A stretch of 63,961 nucleotides of DNA, filler included, from Vannella sp. (lineage: Eukaryota), in NCBI GenBank assembly GCA_023345925.1. It is 7 parts of 7 records of this genome, joined end to end, with 100 filler letters (N's around TTAATTAATTAA, not from the genome) between each part and the next. Parts side by side here need not be neighbours in the genome. Positions count along the whole stretch, not along the records: positions 38,555 to 51,204 come from JAJQQN010001247.1; positions 51,305 to 59,229 come from JAJQQN010000797.1; 5 more parts are not named here. The stretch is one strand, 5' to 3'. Below, in pieces: positions 46,870 through 59,329 of this stretch; the stretch's first letter is position 1; each line of letters begins with the position of its first letter. A model generated the notes under the pieces. That model saw only the letters and a program-made list of their open reading frames with translations. It was not told where the DNA came from and did no database searches. The translations under genes were made by a program, and so were the position numbers.

Positions 46870-47212
46870 TAAAATGGCAAATTAATCTCCTTCTGCAAAT
46901 AAACCCTAAAAAAACTCAAACTTGGATTAGAGATCATAGGGAAAGTCTCTTTTCGGGTGGTCTCTCCTGGAGTGACTTTTGCAGCACCCGGAAAGAAAAA
47001 AAATGAAATCAGCCCAAAAGCTTATCTTGAAGAAATGGAGGTCATCAGGGCAAGCTACGCAAACACGAGTTTGCCCCCTCTTCCCTCTCTCGTGGATTTT
47101 CTCATTCATTGAGTTTCGAGAAGAAGCCGAAACTCCAAAGGTAGTGATGCCTTGAACGATGGAGCAAACTTGAGTGCTGGTGGTGCATCAGAGAGGTCGA
47201 TTGGGATCATCT

Positions 47213-49589
47213 TCACACACAGGGAGTGTAGACGGCAAGTTCTGAATTTGATTCTCGCATTGGAGTGTCTGCTGGTTCCTCTGGGGAGAGGAACAGAGTG
47301 ATCTCCTTAAATGAGGGCCTCCCAGCAGCATTGGGATTGGTTGTGTCGCATATTAGACGGTACATTTTAGGTGGGCAATATCGTGGACAGTCCAGCTTAG
47401 CTCCTGCCAACTCTACATTTGTGTGAGCAACAGATTTGGGTTTGGAGAGTCACTCACGAGAAGAAACAAGCGAAGATAGCTGGATTTGGTGGAAAGGGAA
47501 AACCTCTCCGGTATAAAGGGGAGCCAGACTTTCTCTACTTCTAGCTGAATGGGTGTAGAGCTCCCAAATGAGAACACCAAACATCCAAACATCCAGTTGG
47601 CGGGTACTGGCAGCTATTCCTTCTGGAGGATGCCGCCGAGCACTCAGTTCTTGAATTGGATTTTCACTGAGGGAATGAGAAGAGGACATTTGGTCAAGTC
47701 CAAAGTCTAGAAGCTTTGCACATAGATTTCCATGGAAGGAACCCAAGCCGATGCGGTCCGCAGAGAGCTGTCCGTAAACCTTAACCGAGATGAGTTGCAA
47801 AGAAGCAGTCAACGAGGCAAACGCACCACTCCTTGTTGGGAGATGTATTCCATTGCTTGAGCAATCGAGAGTACAAATTGAAACACCAAATCTGAGCTGG
47901 AATCTTTACTGAAGGATGCTGGTTCCCCCTCTGTCTCTCCAAGCCCCCAAAGTCTCCATTTGGATTGAGTGCGTTTCTCAGGAACAGAAAGGCTACTCAC
48001 AGTTTAAGGCCTTCAGGAGTGTAGATCCAATCTAACAAGGACAAAGGGTTCAGATCTTCGAAGACCAGCGCCACAGAGGCATTTTCAAAGTCGAATGGCT
48101 CTGTGTCAGCCAAAGGAACGCTGTCATCTTCAATGTCACAATCCTTGATTGCACAAACTCCTAAGAAATCTGCTAAAAACGGGTGTCGAAGGCGGAACAT
48201 TCGATTTGCTGCCGCTTGAAGCTGATAAAGTTGACGAGGGTCAAGACATTTGAACAGGCGAATTTTAACTCTGTGGAATCCTTGCCACAGAGCCGGGAAA
48301 TAGACTTCAGTAAGATGCCCGCACAACAGGCATGATGAGGTATTTGTTTCTTGTTTTCCATGAGAGCCAGGAGGTCTCCTTAGGATGGAGAGACCTAAAA
48401 GCTCCAAGTGGTGGAACTGGCCAATTTGGTGTTCAAAAAGCACCGCAGAAGATGCACCAGGCCCTGAGCGAGTTAAATTGCCTTTCTTTCTACCTCCTCG
48501 ACGAGGAGATGACAGCAGTTTCTTTGAGATCTGGATTGCGTTTTGGATTGATGCCATTTCTTTCGGACTTAATTGATACTTCTCTAGAGATAGGAGAAGA
48601 TAGGGATTGTTCTGTAATGATTCCAGGGTCATTTCGAATCGGAAGAAGAGTTCGCTCAAGTCATCCAGATGGTTGTTCACAAGGAATTGGGAGAGAATGT
48701 CCTTTCCAGGATACAAACGACGGAGATAATTGGCCCTCTTGGATAGCTCTGCTGGGTACAACCTCAGAAGTGATCTTAATGGAGCTTCGGAAAGGGCAAC
48801 AATAAGCTGCCGCTCCTGGATCTCAGTGAATTGAACTGCGACAAGATGGAGCTCTTTCAATCCGGCATGCTGGCGGGCATAATGACATATTGCATCGACT
48901 CCTTCCCATCCTATTGGATTGCAGCTAAGATGTAATGCTGACAAACAAGCGTGGCGAGCAGCTAGATCCATCACATTCGCAATATCACTTCCTCCAAGTC
49001 CACAATCTATCAGAGAGAGGACCTTCAGACAAGGACACATCGTCATGATCGATTCTAAAGCTTTTCTTCCCTGATTTGTAAAGTGATTGGAGTCCAAGAT
49101 GAGCTTATTGACTCTCAAACAAGTGCTTGGAAGATACATGAATCCGCTCATGTCCGCTGCATTCTTTGCCAGGTTGATTTCTACAAGCTGTGAGGTCGGA
49201 ATGGCCTTTGATAGATGGTAGATACTCTCTGGAGTGAGGTTGGTGTCTCTGAGGTCAATGGACACCAAGTTCACAGCAAAAGGGAAGTTGGTGCACAATG
49301 CCTTGACAGAGCGGGTTGTCAAGGACCCTTGGACAAGTACCAGTCGAGTGAGAAGGGTTGCTTTCTTGAGTCGTGCAGCAATGGCAAGTAAGAGCTCGTC
49401 GGTTGCCCCGCTGGTTTGCAGAACCGTTAGCACGTTCTCCTCCAGCTGCCGCAGCACTTCCTCACGCTGCTGTAGCAATTGGCTGATCACCTCTTCAGTA
49501 ACTCCATCACTCAGAGCCGCTTTGGATTCCAGAGGTCGGCACTTCGGCGGAGGCGCCAAACTGCCCGACTCCCTCATGCGCTTCGCCAT
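47213..49589 (-). CDS. RI-like LRR plus tyrosine-kinase-like pseudokinase
   Basis: LxxLxLxxNxI repeats, then LRHPFLADFLG, IAQAMEYI, LLDFGL, DVWMFGVLIWELYT, CPPKMY and RPSFKEI. Confidence 0.78.
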
Positions 49590-50021
49590 GCCGCTTGACA
49601 ACAAATGAAAGACACGGGGAAACAGGGGATTGCTCTAACTAGTCCGTTGGTCTGTTGATCGAGTCATCACAAAAATCCATGAGGGGCAGAACTCGAGTTT
49701 GAGTAGCTTGTCCCTAATGACCTCCATCTCTTCAGGATAAGCTTTTGGGCTGATTCCATTTTTTTGTTTTCGGGTGCTTCAAAGGACCAAATGACGTCCC
49801 TCGCTCGCCATTCCGAAATTTCCGCTCTGTGAGACGAGGCCAACTTTCAGAATACCCAACAGTACGCCATTTAACTGCCCCAATAAATGGGTTTGATCAG
49901 GAAATTTAAATTGACGATTAAAGAAATCTGCGATTTTCAGGAGCATCATAATCGGTTCATTATTACGGTATCGAGGGAAGGTTCCCGTGGAAACCTCTCC
50001 AGGAGAGGAGCTGACATTTTT

Positions 50022-50837
50022 ATGTCTGACCTGATCGAGCCAGCCAACGAGGAGAGCGTGGTGAGACTTACTCCAGAGCAACAGGAGGCGGTGGAAGTAT
50101 TTGTTTCATGTTTACCGCAGTGGAGGACGTTCTACACAGCCACTCTTCCTTCCACTACTTTCGAAGACAACGCTCGTTACTTCACCTCTGCTCCTCTCAA
50201 GAAGGAGAGCTTCCCAAGAGACCCAACGTGGACTTGGAATCGCAGCAACGGAACGGTCGTCGTTGAACTTCAGAAGCGCTTTCGCGTTCACCTCTCCAAG
50301 TTCAACTCCCGTAGGAAGAAGAACTCTCCCAACCAGCCTTCTCACAAGATCTGGACGTTCGCTGTTACTGTCATCGAAACAGAAGAGGAGTTTGCCTTCG
50401 TTTGGTGCACAAACGGGAAACCTCGTTCAAGTCGCTCTCAACGTGAAGAAGAGTCCTCCTTCCCTGCCCTACCTGTGATACCACGTACTTTATCCACACC
50501 TGCACCTCCCTTACCCTCTCAACAAGAAGAGGAGACGAGGATGTTCCTTGACTCCTTCTTGAACGAACAAGACCCTTTCTGGCCTCTACCTGACCAGACA
50601 GCTTCGAATGCTTACCACTCCATGGCAGAACCATTGCAGCTTCACCCCAGGAAGGAGAACGGATATTTTGCAACCGCCACTTCCTTCCAAACGGGAGCCT
50701 TTCCACATCCCAACCAAGCCAATGGGTTCTCTGCATCAAGCTTTAACCATCTGCCGTTCATCCCTTGGCAACAGCACGACTTGGGCGGCGCAAACACGCA
50801 AAGAGGAGGTTCCCACATGCCATATGGCTGGATGTGA
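50022..50837 (+). CDS. Hypothetical protein with a basic, Trp-rich N-terminal domain and low-complexity tail
   Basis: Single long ORF; the start is uncertain (frame open from 49887). Confidence 0.65.
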   Translation: MSDLIEPANEESVVRLTPEQQEAVEVFVSCLPQWRTFYTATLPSTTFEDNARYFTSAPLKKESFPRDPTWTWNRSNGTVVVELQKRFRVHLSKFNSRRKKNSPNQPSHKIWTFAVTVIETEEEFAFVWCTNGKPRSSRSQREEESSFPALPVIPRTLSTPAPPLPSQQEEETRMFLDSFLNEQDPFWPLPDQTASNAYHSMAEPLQLHPRKENGYFATATSFQTGAFPHPNQANGFSASSFNHLPFIPWQQHDLGGANTQRGGSHMPYGWM

Positions 50838-51569
50838 GGGAATATGTCTTATGTGCTAGTGTTAAAAGTGATTTCTGTACATCAGTAGCCTTGTTTCCAT
50901 CCCAGTCCACAGAGGTGCGGGAAGGAGCTGGGGGATTCAAGGACTCTTGAGGGAGAAAGATAAATGGAGACTCCTACCCCAATGAGGCCGTTTCAATGGC
51001 GCTAAGGGAGGAAAGGGTGTTTCAACAACCGAGGAACCGAGTAGTGCATGGAATGAGAGCCGCAAGTGTACGCCCAAAAAACTCCCATTCCGTGAAACTG
51101 TCATTTTTTTGTCAAGTATTTGGCGCGTGCCATGTTGGAGACTGGTTCTGTCTGAGGAAAGTGAATAATGATTCAGTCTATGAGATAAATGAAAGAAAGC
51201 GCTGNNNNNNNNNNNNNNNNNNNNNNNNNNNNNNNNNNNNNNNNNNNNTTAATTAATTAANNNNNNNNNNNNNNNNNNNNNNNNNNNNNNNNNNNNNNNN
51301 NNNNATCTTTCGCATCGGTCCCAGTTGAATTTAGAAGCACTTTTCAACAGAGGCCAGCGGACGTGGTTGAGTGGAGCCGTGAATTCTCTCGGTTCTGCCA
51401 GAAGAAGCATAGCCCGAAATCCTTAGCGGCTTTTAAAAACTAGCCGCTACCATCCCTGACTGGAATCCATACAATGAATGGTTTTTAACTGGATGACTCA
51501 TCAAAAATCAGGATTGAGGAAGCCCGCATTCTGATTGGAGGAACAGATTGCTTTCCGTCACTTCCTTCG

Positions 51570-52028
51570 ATGCTTCGCTTGTTGGCTGTGTTGGGCCTGG
51601 CTGTTCTCTGCGCTGCAGTTGTACCCATCTCTGGAGGGGCCATGCAGTTACCGAACAACTCGGCGTACTGCGAGTATTACAAAACCGTCTCTGCTGACCT
51701 TACTTCCACCACGAGCTACATGAACACCACCAGCCAGAACATCTACGCTTACGCCACCTTGTATGCCAGTCCTGATGTCTCGATCACCACGGATTCTATC
51801 TTGCTTGGAAAGTGCCGCACTCACACTCCCGGCGCGGTGTTTGGTACCTACACTTGCTCCTCTTCGGATAGCAACGTGTTCACCTACACCAGCACTAACC
51901 TCCAGTACATCCTAGCTTGCATCGAATGCCATTACCTTCTTGGCCCCTGCAACTTTGACGGCTACAATGGAGTGCTGCCTCAGGCGCCCACTGCCTCTGG
52001 CCAGGTCCCTTGTCCTAACTGCATCTAA
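51570..52028 (+). CDS. Small secreted Cys-containing protein
   Basis: Signal peptide, eight Cys in the mature part and strong C-ending codon bias. Confidence 0.75.
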   Translation: MLRLLAVLGLAVLCAAVVPISGGAMQLPNNSAYCEYYKTVSADLTSTTSYMNTTSQNIYAYATLYASPDVSITTDSILLGKCRTHTPGAVFGTYTCSSSDSNVFTYTSTNLQYILACIECHYLLGPCNFDGYNGVLPQAPTASGQVPCPNCI

Positions 52029-52100
52029 CCAACATCCTCAACTCCAACTAAACGGCATTCCTCCTTTATGTACATTCGCACCAACAGGTCCACGAGGAGC

Positions 52101-54433
52101 CTACCGTTTGTAAGGATTGGTTTTGGCGAGATCAGCAAACAGCATCGTGCGAGTTCTCGACATTTTGTGCTCAAAGTCCTTTGCGCACATCGCAGAACGC
52201 TGTGCGTTCAATACTAGAAGAAGGTCAGCGAACCAAAGCCTCCAGAGAGCCAGAGCTACGAACATTTGGTGAGGAAACGCCTCTTGAAGTCACTGCCTGA
52301 TGGATAGACACCGGGTGACGTCTCGTATGGCTTGAAAGGAGGTACTCCTGGCTTACAGCTCCATTCCACTTGATACTTGACGCCTCCATCTTTCGCCTGG
52401 ATGGGTCTAACAACCACAAAGACGTCTGCTCAAGGATTAGAGAACAGAGGCGGATGTCAGAGAAGGCTCACGATTGAACTGAGAACGGATGATACGAGGA
52501 TCGAATGGCTCGTTGCCCTCTTTGAAGATGATCACGACAATGTCATTGCCAAAGTGGCGCTTGCGCTCCACTTGCTGTTCGTCTTTGGGGAAGAAAGGGA
52601 TCAGAGTGGACACGTGGAACATGATCTGGCAGTTGCTATATGACTCATAGTAAGAGAACTCTCCTGTGGTGCCCGCTGTGCTGGTGTCAGTGGGGCGAAT
52701 GAGGGAAGAGAGGAGCGTACTCTTAACATCCAGTCCACCGCGGAAGTGGTCCCAGCCAAGCAGCTCAATCTTGTTTGCAATACAGTTCAAGAACTGATAG
52801 AACTGCGGAGAGCCGTCCTCTAAAGCCTACGTGAGTTTCGTACCTCAGAGGGAGTTGGTACGAACCGTTGTTGAAGAATTGATCCTCCGTTGTCTGTCCC
52901 TCCTTGGCATAGAGGACTCCAAACTTGTAGTTCTTCTCGATTGCCTGCTTCTCAATGCGTAGAAGCTCGGTAGTCCACGCCTCGGTCTCTTCCTTTCGAA
53001 TCTTGTGCAATTTCATGTCTCCCAAGAAGGGACACTGCTGATACAGAGCTTTGAGAGGCTTCTGGCCACCAAGAATCAACAGAATACGTTCATCATGACG
53101 CGCAGTTCGAATGAGAACACGCTGAAGCTTCCGATCAGGAGCGTCCTCCATTGAAATGATGACGAGTCCCTTCTCTGTCTCGCCCACATAGTGGATGACT
53201 CCTCCCAGCTCAATGAGCTGTTCAAAGAAGGGGACGTCCTTCTCGATGTCGATCAAGTCAAAGTCCTCCAATGTCAATTCGATGGGACGCGGCGCTTCGA
53301 TGTGATAGCCGTCTTTCATGCATTCTCGTGCTGTCAGAGGTGTCTGGTTCACTGCTGCTGGTTCATACTGAATGGAGTGAAGGTTTCAGAGGTCCTGGAG
53401 GTGCATTGGGCAAGGAAGACTTACCCAAGTTGGCCATTCCTCGTTTAGGCGGATTTTGCTCGTCCAAAGGCAGCTCGAAGGAGATTGCGGGGCAGCATCT
53501 CGTATGATCATCGAAGATCGGAGGGTCTCATATGACGGGCGGTCCTCCAACTTCACATACAAGGAGATGGCGCTGGCATTCAGGACACTACAGACCGTTA
53601 GCAAGAAGCCCTCAATCAGGACATAGGCTTTACCTCGATAGTCTTTGATTCACCTTGGTTGTAGATCCTGCTACACCGCGCCTGTTGGCTCGAGAAGGCC
53701 TATTTGTGGGGGCGGAGAGGCAAGTTTCCATCTCTGTTATGTCTCTGCTGCTCCCTTGCGATGGAGAGTCCACAAAAGGGATGGAGGGCTTCTTCGCTCT
53801 TTCTCTTCTTTTCTGTCGAAAGGGTCAGGCAAAGGAGGAAGGGAAAAGGACCAAACCAACCTCTTTGGGGATGGGGACGAAGGCGTTTGGGTCGATGGAG
53901 CTTCTCAGCTTCTTCTTAGTGAAGAGAGTGTGGCTTCTTTTGATGGAAGACTTAGATGGGCTCTGTTGAAGCTCTGGGCCCCTCTCGCTGGCGCTAGCGA
54001 GGTTATTTGGGAGCATCTGCGGTGCGGAGGCCATTGTAGGCGCCTTGCGGCTTGCTGAGAAGGTTTGTTGCGGTGTGGCATCAAATGACGCGCAAGAGGT
54101 AGCTGACAAGCGGTCAAGCTTGTTCGGGTTCGAGTTGAGGCGGATTAAGGAAGGGCCTCCAGTGGAGTCTTGTTCCAAGGAAGGAGCGTTCCTTGAAGGA
54201 GAGATTGTAAAAGAGTTCCGTTGATTCATATGCGAAGAGGAGATGGAGCGAGCCAGCGCCGGATTGGCTACAAGCCTCCCCGGGCGACTGGGACTGCCCT
54301 CTGCTCGTTGATCCTCCCGCAACATCTGCACCAGTTTGCCCTCTGAACTCTCTCTCACCAATCCACGCGCTCGCGCTCGAGGCGGTGCCAGAGGAAGCTT
54401 CCTCCCATCAGAAGACGAAGTAAGGTCAGCCAT
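52101..54433 (-). CDS. Rap/Ran GTPase-activating protein (RapGAP)
   Basis: YKFGVLYAKEGQ, FRGGLDVK, IMFHVSTLIP and RKRHFGNDIVVIIF. Confidence 0.94.
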
Positions 54434-54600
54434 CGCCACTACGCCCGAAATAAATAAATTCCTTTTCCCCGCCCGTTTCCCTCTGACCGCCCTTTGATTA
54501 TTTATTCTTGGCGTTATCAATTCAAAGAGACTTTTCGAAGGGCGGATTTTGGGCATTTTTGCGACCCCCTTTGCCTCTTGCGTGCTTTCGCTCTGTACGG

Positions 54601-56241
54601 ATGGAGAAAGGGGCCGGGAAGAGGACTTCTACGCAGCAAGGGGATGGACATCAGACGGAGACTAGTGGTAGTCGGTTGGGATCTGTGTTGGAGGCAGGAA
54701 TGGGAGTTGGACGAGGAGTTTTTGTTCGCGCGGTGGCGGACGCTCGCAGGTTCTCTGAGGTTCTGAAGGATATTGTCGCTCAAAAGGATCTTGATATACA
54801 CTCTAATGTCTACTGTAAGCCTGGTGAAGCGCGCTACCCTCAGTATCACCGATGCTACGCGGTCAAGTCTCTGTTCGAGATCCCCCCGCTGGTTTCCATC
54901 CCTCTTCAGCCCTACAGCGGCCACTGTATCATAGCAGGACCGGACCAAGGCTATTTAGAGTGCTCTGGTGATCTTCTGGAGCGTGAGAAGTTCCTCAAAT
55001 CCCAAATCAAGCTCCTTCAGGCCAACCCCAACGCTCTCAACGACGAAGACTCGCTCGCTCCTAACGAATTGACCATTGAAGACATGAAAAAGAAGCTGGA
55101 CCACCTCCCCCTCAAAAAGCGAAACAAACTCTCCTCCTCATACATTGAGGAGGCCCCCACCTCTCTGTCCGACCCGCGCATCTTTGGAAAGAGCATTGAC
55201 ACGTATGCGTTTGATCACATCAAGGGATGCAAACCAGGAGACCCCAATGCGGACTCATTCTGGGCAGAGGTTGCGGACGGATTCATCTCCTTTGGGGTGG
55301 CAGATGGCATTGGCTGGGGTGTTACCTCTCGCCGTGCAGCACAAGCAGCACTTCTAGGATTCCGAGGAGCTATTACCTCTTTCCACTCAAGACGATGTGG
55401 CCTCAGGGTGGACACCACAATGATGGCCAAGGCGTGTGAAGAAGGCATCAGCGCTGCTCAACAGTCTGTCTTCTCCAACTCTGAGTCCAGAACTACTTTT
55501 TGTGGAGGGATTTTAGTCCCACTGGAGTTCCAAGGACCTACCAAGCAAGGCGAAAAGGATCCAGTCCCTTTTGGAATGAGCATTAGTGAATTGGACTCCG
55601 CCGAGGAAAATGAGAGTGCTGAGGAGTCAAATTTGAGGCGCTGGATCTTTGTAGGTTGCAGTGTCGGTGACTCTTTGATCTATCGATACAGTTACTCTAC
55701 TGCAGAAGTAATGGAGTTGACTGTTAGTGATCGTTCAGGAGGAGTCCGCGATGCTGGAGGATCTCTGGGAGGAAAGGATGCTGATTTACGAAATATGAAG
55801 TATCAAATGTGCCTGGCTGAGGAAGGAGACCTCTTTTTAGCCGTATCTGATGGAGTGCATGACAACTTGGATCCTGAAGTCTTACTGGTCTCTCTTGCAG
55901 AGGCTGGAATGGACACAGAAGATGCTAATGACTGGGATGATCTGAGTGACGACGCCAAAAACAATTGCAAAAGGCGATTTAAGGAGGAGAAGCTCCTTGA
56001 GATCATAGAAAGCTGCTCAGAGCCCGACCCCACTTCAGTCACTTTGGCCATCCTCAACAAGATCGAAGAGATTACTTTCGATCAGCGACAGGGATTTGAA
56101 AACGGATCCCTTCTGCAGCGCGATTGGGCTAATATGAAGGAGGAAGAACGAGACGAAATGAATCGCTCCGTTCAAGCAGCCTTGAAAAACCCCAAAGGGA
56201 AGTTCGACCACGTCACTTGTTTATGCGTCCGAGTGGGTTGA
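54601..56241 (+). CDS. PP2C-like (PPM) phosphatase domain protein, intronless
   Basis: NADSF, GVADGIGWG, VGDS, SDGVHDN and GKFDHVT. Confidence 0.88.
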   Translation: MEKGAGKRTSTQQGDGHQTETSGSRLGSVLEAGMGVGRGVFVRAVADARRFSEVLKDIVAQKDLDIHSNVYCKPGEARYPQYHRCYAVKSLFEIPPLVSIPLQPYSGHCIIAGPDQGYLECSGDLLEREKFLKSQIKLLQANPNALNDEDSLAPNELTIEDMKKKLDHLPLKKRNKLSSSYIEEAPTSLSDPRIFGKSIDTYAFDHIKGCKPGDPNADSFWAEVADGFISFGVADGIGWGVTSRRAAQAALLGFRGAITSFHSRRCGLRVDTTMMAKACEEGISAAQQSVFSNSESRTTFCGGILVPLEFQGPTKQGEKDPVPFGMSISELDSAEENESAEESNLRRWIFVGCSVGDSLIYRYSYSTAEVMELTVSDRSGGVRDAGGSLGGKDADLRNMKYQMCLAEEGDLFLAVSDGVHDNLDPEVLLVSLAEAGMDTEDANDWDDLSDDAKNNCKRRFKEEKLLEIIESCSEPDPTSVTLAILNKIEEITFDQRQGFENGSLLQRDWANMKEEERDEMNRSVQAALKNPKGKFDHVTCLCVRVG

Positions 56242-56274
56242 ATGAATTATTTTTGGTATTCGTAACGATGAATT

Positions 56275-58015
56275 TCACTCTTTTGGATCTGGGAACATCT
56301 TATGAGGATTGAGGATTCCGTTTGGGTCAAAAGTGTCTTTGATGGCACGGAGAAGTCGTAAGTGAGTTTCTGATTTACCGTAGGACAAGTATTTGCGTTT
56401 AAGTTGGCCAATGCCATGTTCTGCACTCACACTTCCGCCGCAATCTCGACAGAAATCGTAAACCCAAGGTTCCAAAATCTCTTTGACTTCAGTCGAGAAC
56501 TGTTCGCTTACCACATTCAAATGGATGTTAGCTTGGAACAAGTCAGTAAAAAAATGATAATGAATGGTGCGCACCATCCCCAACATGCCCGTAAGAGTAA
56601 ATAGTTGCGAGGCTCTTTGGGAGTCGCTTTTGTAGCTCCTCAACGATAGCAAAGAATTTGTCATAGGGGAGAGACAGATCGTACTTGTACACGTATCCCT
56701 CTTTTGTGAGCGACTCACTGACAGACTCCCGAATCTTCCAGAGACTTTGCATTTGGGTGGTATCCGAAGCGACAGTTCCGTTGCTCACAATCCCCTTCTC
56801 CAAGGCCTCTCCCAGAAACGAATGGAGTTTCTATCTCAAGTTAGCAAAAAGAAAACCAACGGGATAGAGGTACCTGTTGGTCGTGTTCTTGGTTGCTTCC
56901 AGAAGTCTCAATCAAAACATAGAATGGAGATTCTTGCTCCAGAGGGTCTGGCATAGAACCATGCTTCACAGCCAGCTGATAGGAGCGTTTGTCGACAAAC
57001 TCAAAGGCTATTGGATATCAGAAAGGATACCAAACAGGCAAAGGACCTACCGGAAAGGATTTCTCCCAGTTTCTGTCGAGAGAAGCGGAATGTCTCCAGA
57101 ACTTGAGATGGACTCTCACAGTTTAACATCGCCACTTGAACCGACTATAAAGGTCAGGCAAAGAACGGAGGTCGGCTTTTTTTACCTGTGGCAGGGGAGC
57201 GCATTGAATGGAGACCGCTGTGACAACACCAAGTGACCCTTCGGAGCCAATAAACAACTGTTTCAGATCGTATCCAGTGTTGTCTTTACGAAGGGAGTCA
57301 AGCGTGTTGAGAATCTCTCCACTAGGTAGGACCTAAATGAGTTCTGAGGAGGGTGGAAGGAGAGGGAATCTAAATGACTTACTACTTCAAGTCCCGACAC
57401 TGTTCCATGCAAAGTCCCGTAGCGAAGGAAACGGATGCCCCCTGCGTTGGTTGCGACATTTCCTCCGATGGTACAGCTACCTTTGGCTCCAAGATCCAAA
57501 GGAACAGTGAGTTGTTCGACCATGCAGGCTTCATTGAGGTGTTGGAGAGTCATTCCGGCGTCACAGGTGACAATCCCAGAGGTCTAGGCGATGAGCATCG
57601 ATATGATTCGAAGGATCATACCTTGTCAAGCCTGCGGACTCGATCCATTCGCTTGAGGGAGAGAATGACTTCATCTTTCACAGGAACGCTCCCTCCGACG
57701 AGCCCTGTGTTGCCTCCCTGGGGAACAACAGCGATTCTGTGCTGGTTACAGTACGATAGTATCTGTGAGACTTGTTCTGTGGTTCGTGGGAGGAGAAGGA
57801 GCAGGCTTTCCCCTTGATATTGCTTCGGCCAGTCCCGATTGAACGGGGCGAGGTCCCCTGGGTCGGTCACAACATCCTGAGGCAACAAGAAGCTTCGAAA
57901 GTATTCCACATTCCCCGCTGACACCTGACATACCATCAGACTCTCCTCATCTCCCCTTAACCCTCACATTTGTACCAAACCCGCGCCCTGTCCACCAACG
58001 AAGCCCTCTTTTCAT
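56275..58015 (-). CDS. D2HGDH: Mitochondrial D-2-hydroxyglutarate dehydrogenase
   Basis: [45 protein letters not shown] and [10 protein letters not shown]. Confidence 0.95.
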
Positions 58016-58239
58016 ACCCAAAGTGAATGATTAAATGCAGGAATGATCCTGGCTAGCAATAGAATCCACAAGGATTTGAGAGAATTGCCCATATCGAGAG
58101 AATCGACGAGCCTGACCGATCGCGCAGTTGCTAGAGGATAGTCTGAGGTGGGTAACAGTTACTAAGCCCCTGGTGCCAAAGAGACTGGAAGTGGAGGGCT
58201 TGATACGCTTTATGAGGAGCGAGAAGCTTGCATCCTTGC

Positions 58240-58923
58240 TTAAACGGACCACATGGGGCCGAAATGCTTCAAGAGTTCGCGAATTCGCGGGGAGGAAGAG
58301 GAAGAGGCATTCGAGGAGCAGGCATTGGGAGGAAGGCTGAAAATGCCATCAGGGATGTCAGTTACCACGCCCTCGAAGTGGTAAATAGAGACTGGAGTAA
58401 CGAACAAGACAGGAATGGACCCAAAGGGAGTTGGGTTGGCCTTAACGAAGAGAGTTGCAGTTTGTCCGAAAAGGGACTTTTTCCACACCGTGCACAGACC
58501 AGCTTCAGGGACTTGGGAGAATCCTACAAACTTCGCATCGGAGAAGACAGTTGGGCTGCTCATTGGTTCAGAGAAGCTGACTCCTTGGCAAATCGGCTCA
58601 GAGCCCATTGCTCCCACCACCGAGATGCTTCCAGTAGGTACTTGGGCAGTGGCAAAGTGGTAGACAGCTGATGCTACTCCACCCACAAACGAGTAGTCGT
58701 ACCTCTCTTGCGAAGAGGGATAGTCCACGTAGATTCTTCCATTGAATAGGACGGAAGAGGACTCATTAGTCAAAGAGGTCACGGTTACAAATCCTTGGAA
58801 GACATTGGGCAGAATAGGTGGGGCAGGTTGAACCCCAGGAACGAAGGACACGCTAGGAAGGGCGTTGCAAGGTTGGGCAGAAGCACCGGCAATCAGAATC
58901 AAGGACAAGAGTACTTGGAGCAT
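58240..58923 (-). CDS. Secreted protein, possibly ependymin-related (LolA-like fold)
   Basis: Signal peptide; PPILPNVF, GRIYVDYPSSQERYD, C..W and FSLPPNAC pattern. Confidence 0.6.
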   Translation of the reverse strand: MLQVLLSLILIAGASAQPCNALPSVSFVPGVQPAPPILPNVFQGFVTVTSLTNESSSVLFNGRIYVDYPSSQERYDYSFVGGVASAVYHFATAQVPTGSISVVGAMGSEPICQGVSFSEPMSSPTVFSDAKFVGFSQVPEAGLCTVWKKSLFGQTATLFVKANPTPFGSIPVLFVTPVSIYHFEGVVTDIPDGIFSLPPNACSSNASSSSSPRIRELLKHFGPMWSV

Positions 58924-59329
58924 CGGATGAAGAATTGAAGCCTGAAGAGAGACCGATTCGCTCAAAACGCATCCCAGAGAAATTTCTGAGCACCAAAGGA
59001 AAAGTCTGCGATGGGAAATTTTCCCTTTCAACACAGAATTTTCTTCTGTGCAAGGCTTGTGACCGTCTCCATACCCCCTACTACTTGGGGGGGGACCTAC
59101 TACATAATTCACCAGTAAATCACCCCTTCCTCTGGCCTCCGTAACTTGAAAAGTGTTTCTACATTCGACTGGCATCAATGCGAATGACGACTTGATGTTT
59201 GAAAGAGGGATGGAAAGTGTTTGAGAGGCNNNNNNNNNNNNNNNNNNNNNNNNNNNNNNNNNNNNNNNNNNNNTTAATTAATTAANNNNNNNNNNNNNNN
59301 NNNNNNNNNNNNNNNNNNNNNNNNNNNNN

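Noticed and set aside
51424..51449. Hairpin TAGCGGCT/AGCCGCTA (and GGCGGAA/TTCCGCC near 42815-42839) as ncRNA or MITE
   Set aside because: Stems of 7-8 bp are expected by chance in 64 kb, and there is no second copy or RNA-family motif.
9569..59329. Six identical TTAATTAATTAA elements as a biological repeat
   Set aside because: They are centred in N-runs of fixed total length and are six-frame-stop contig joiners.
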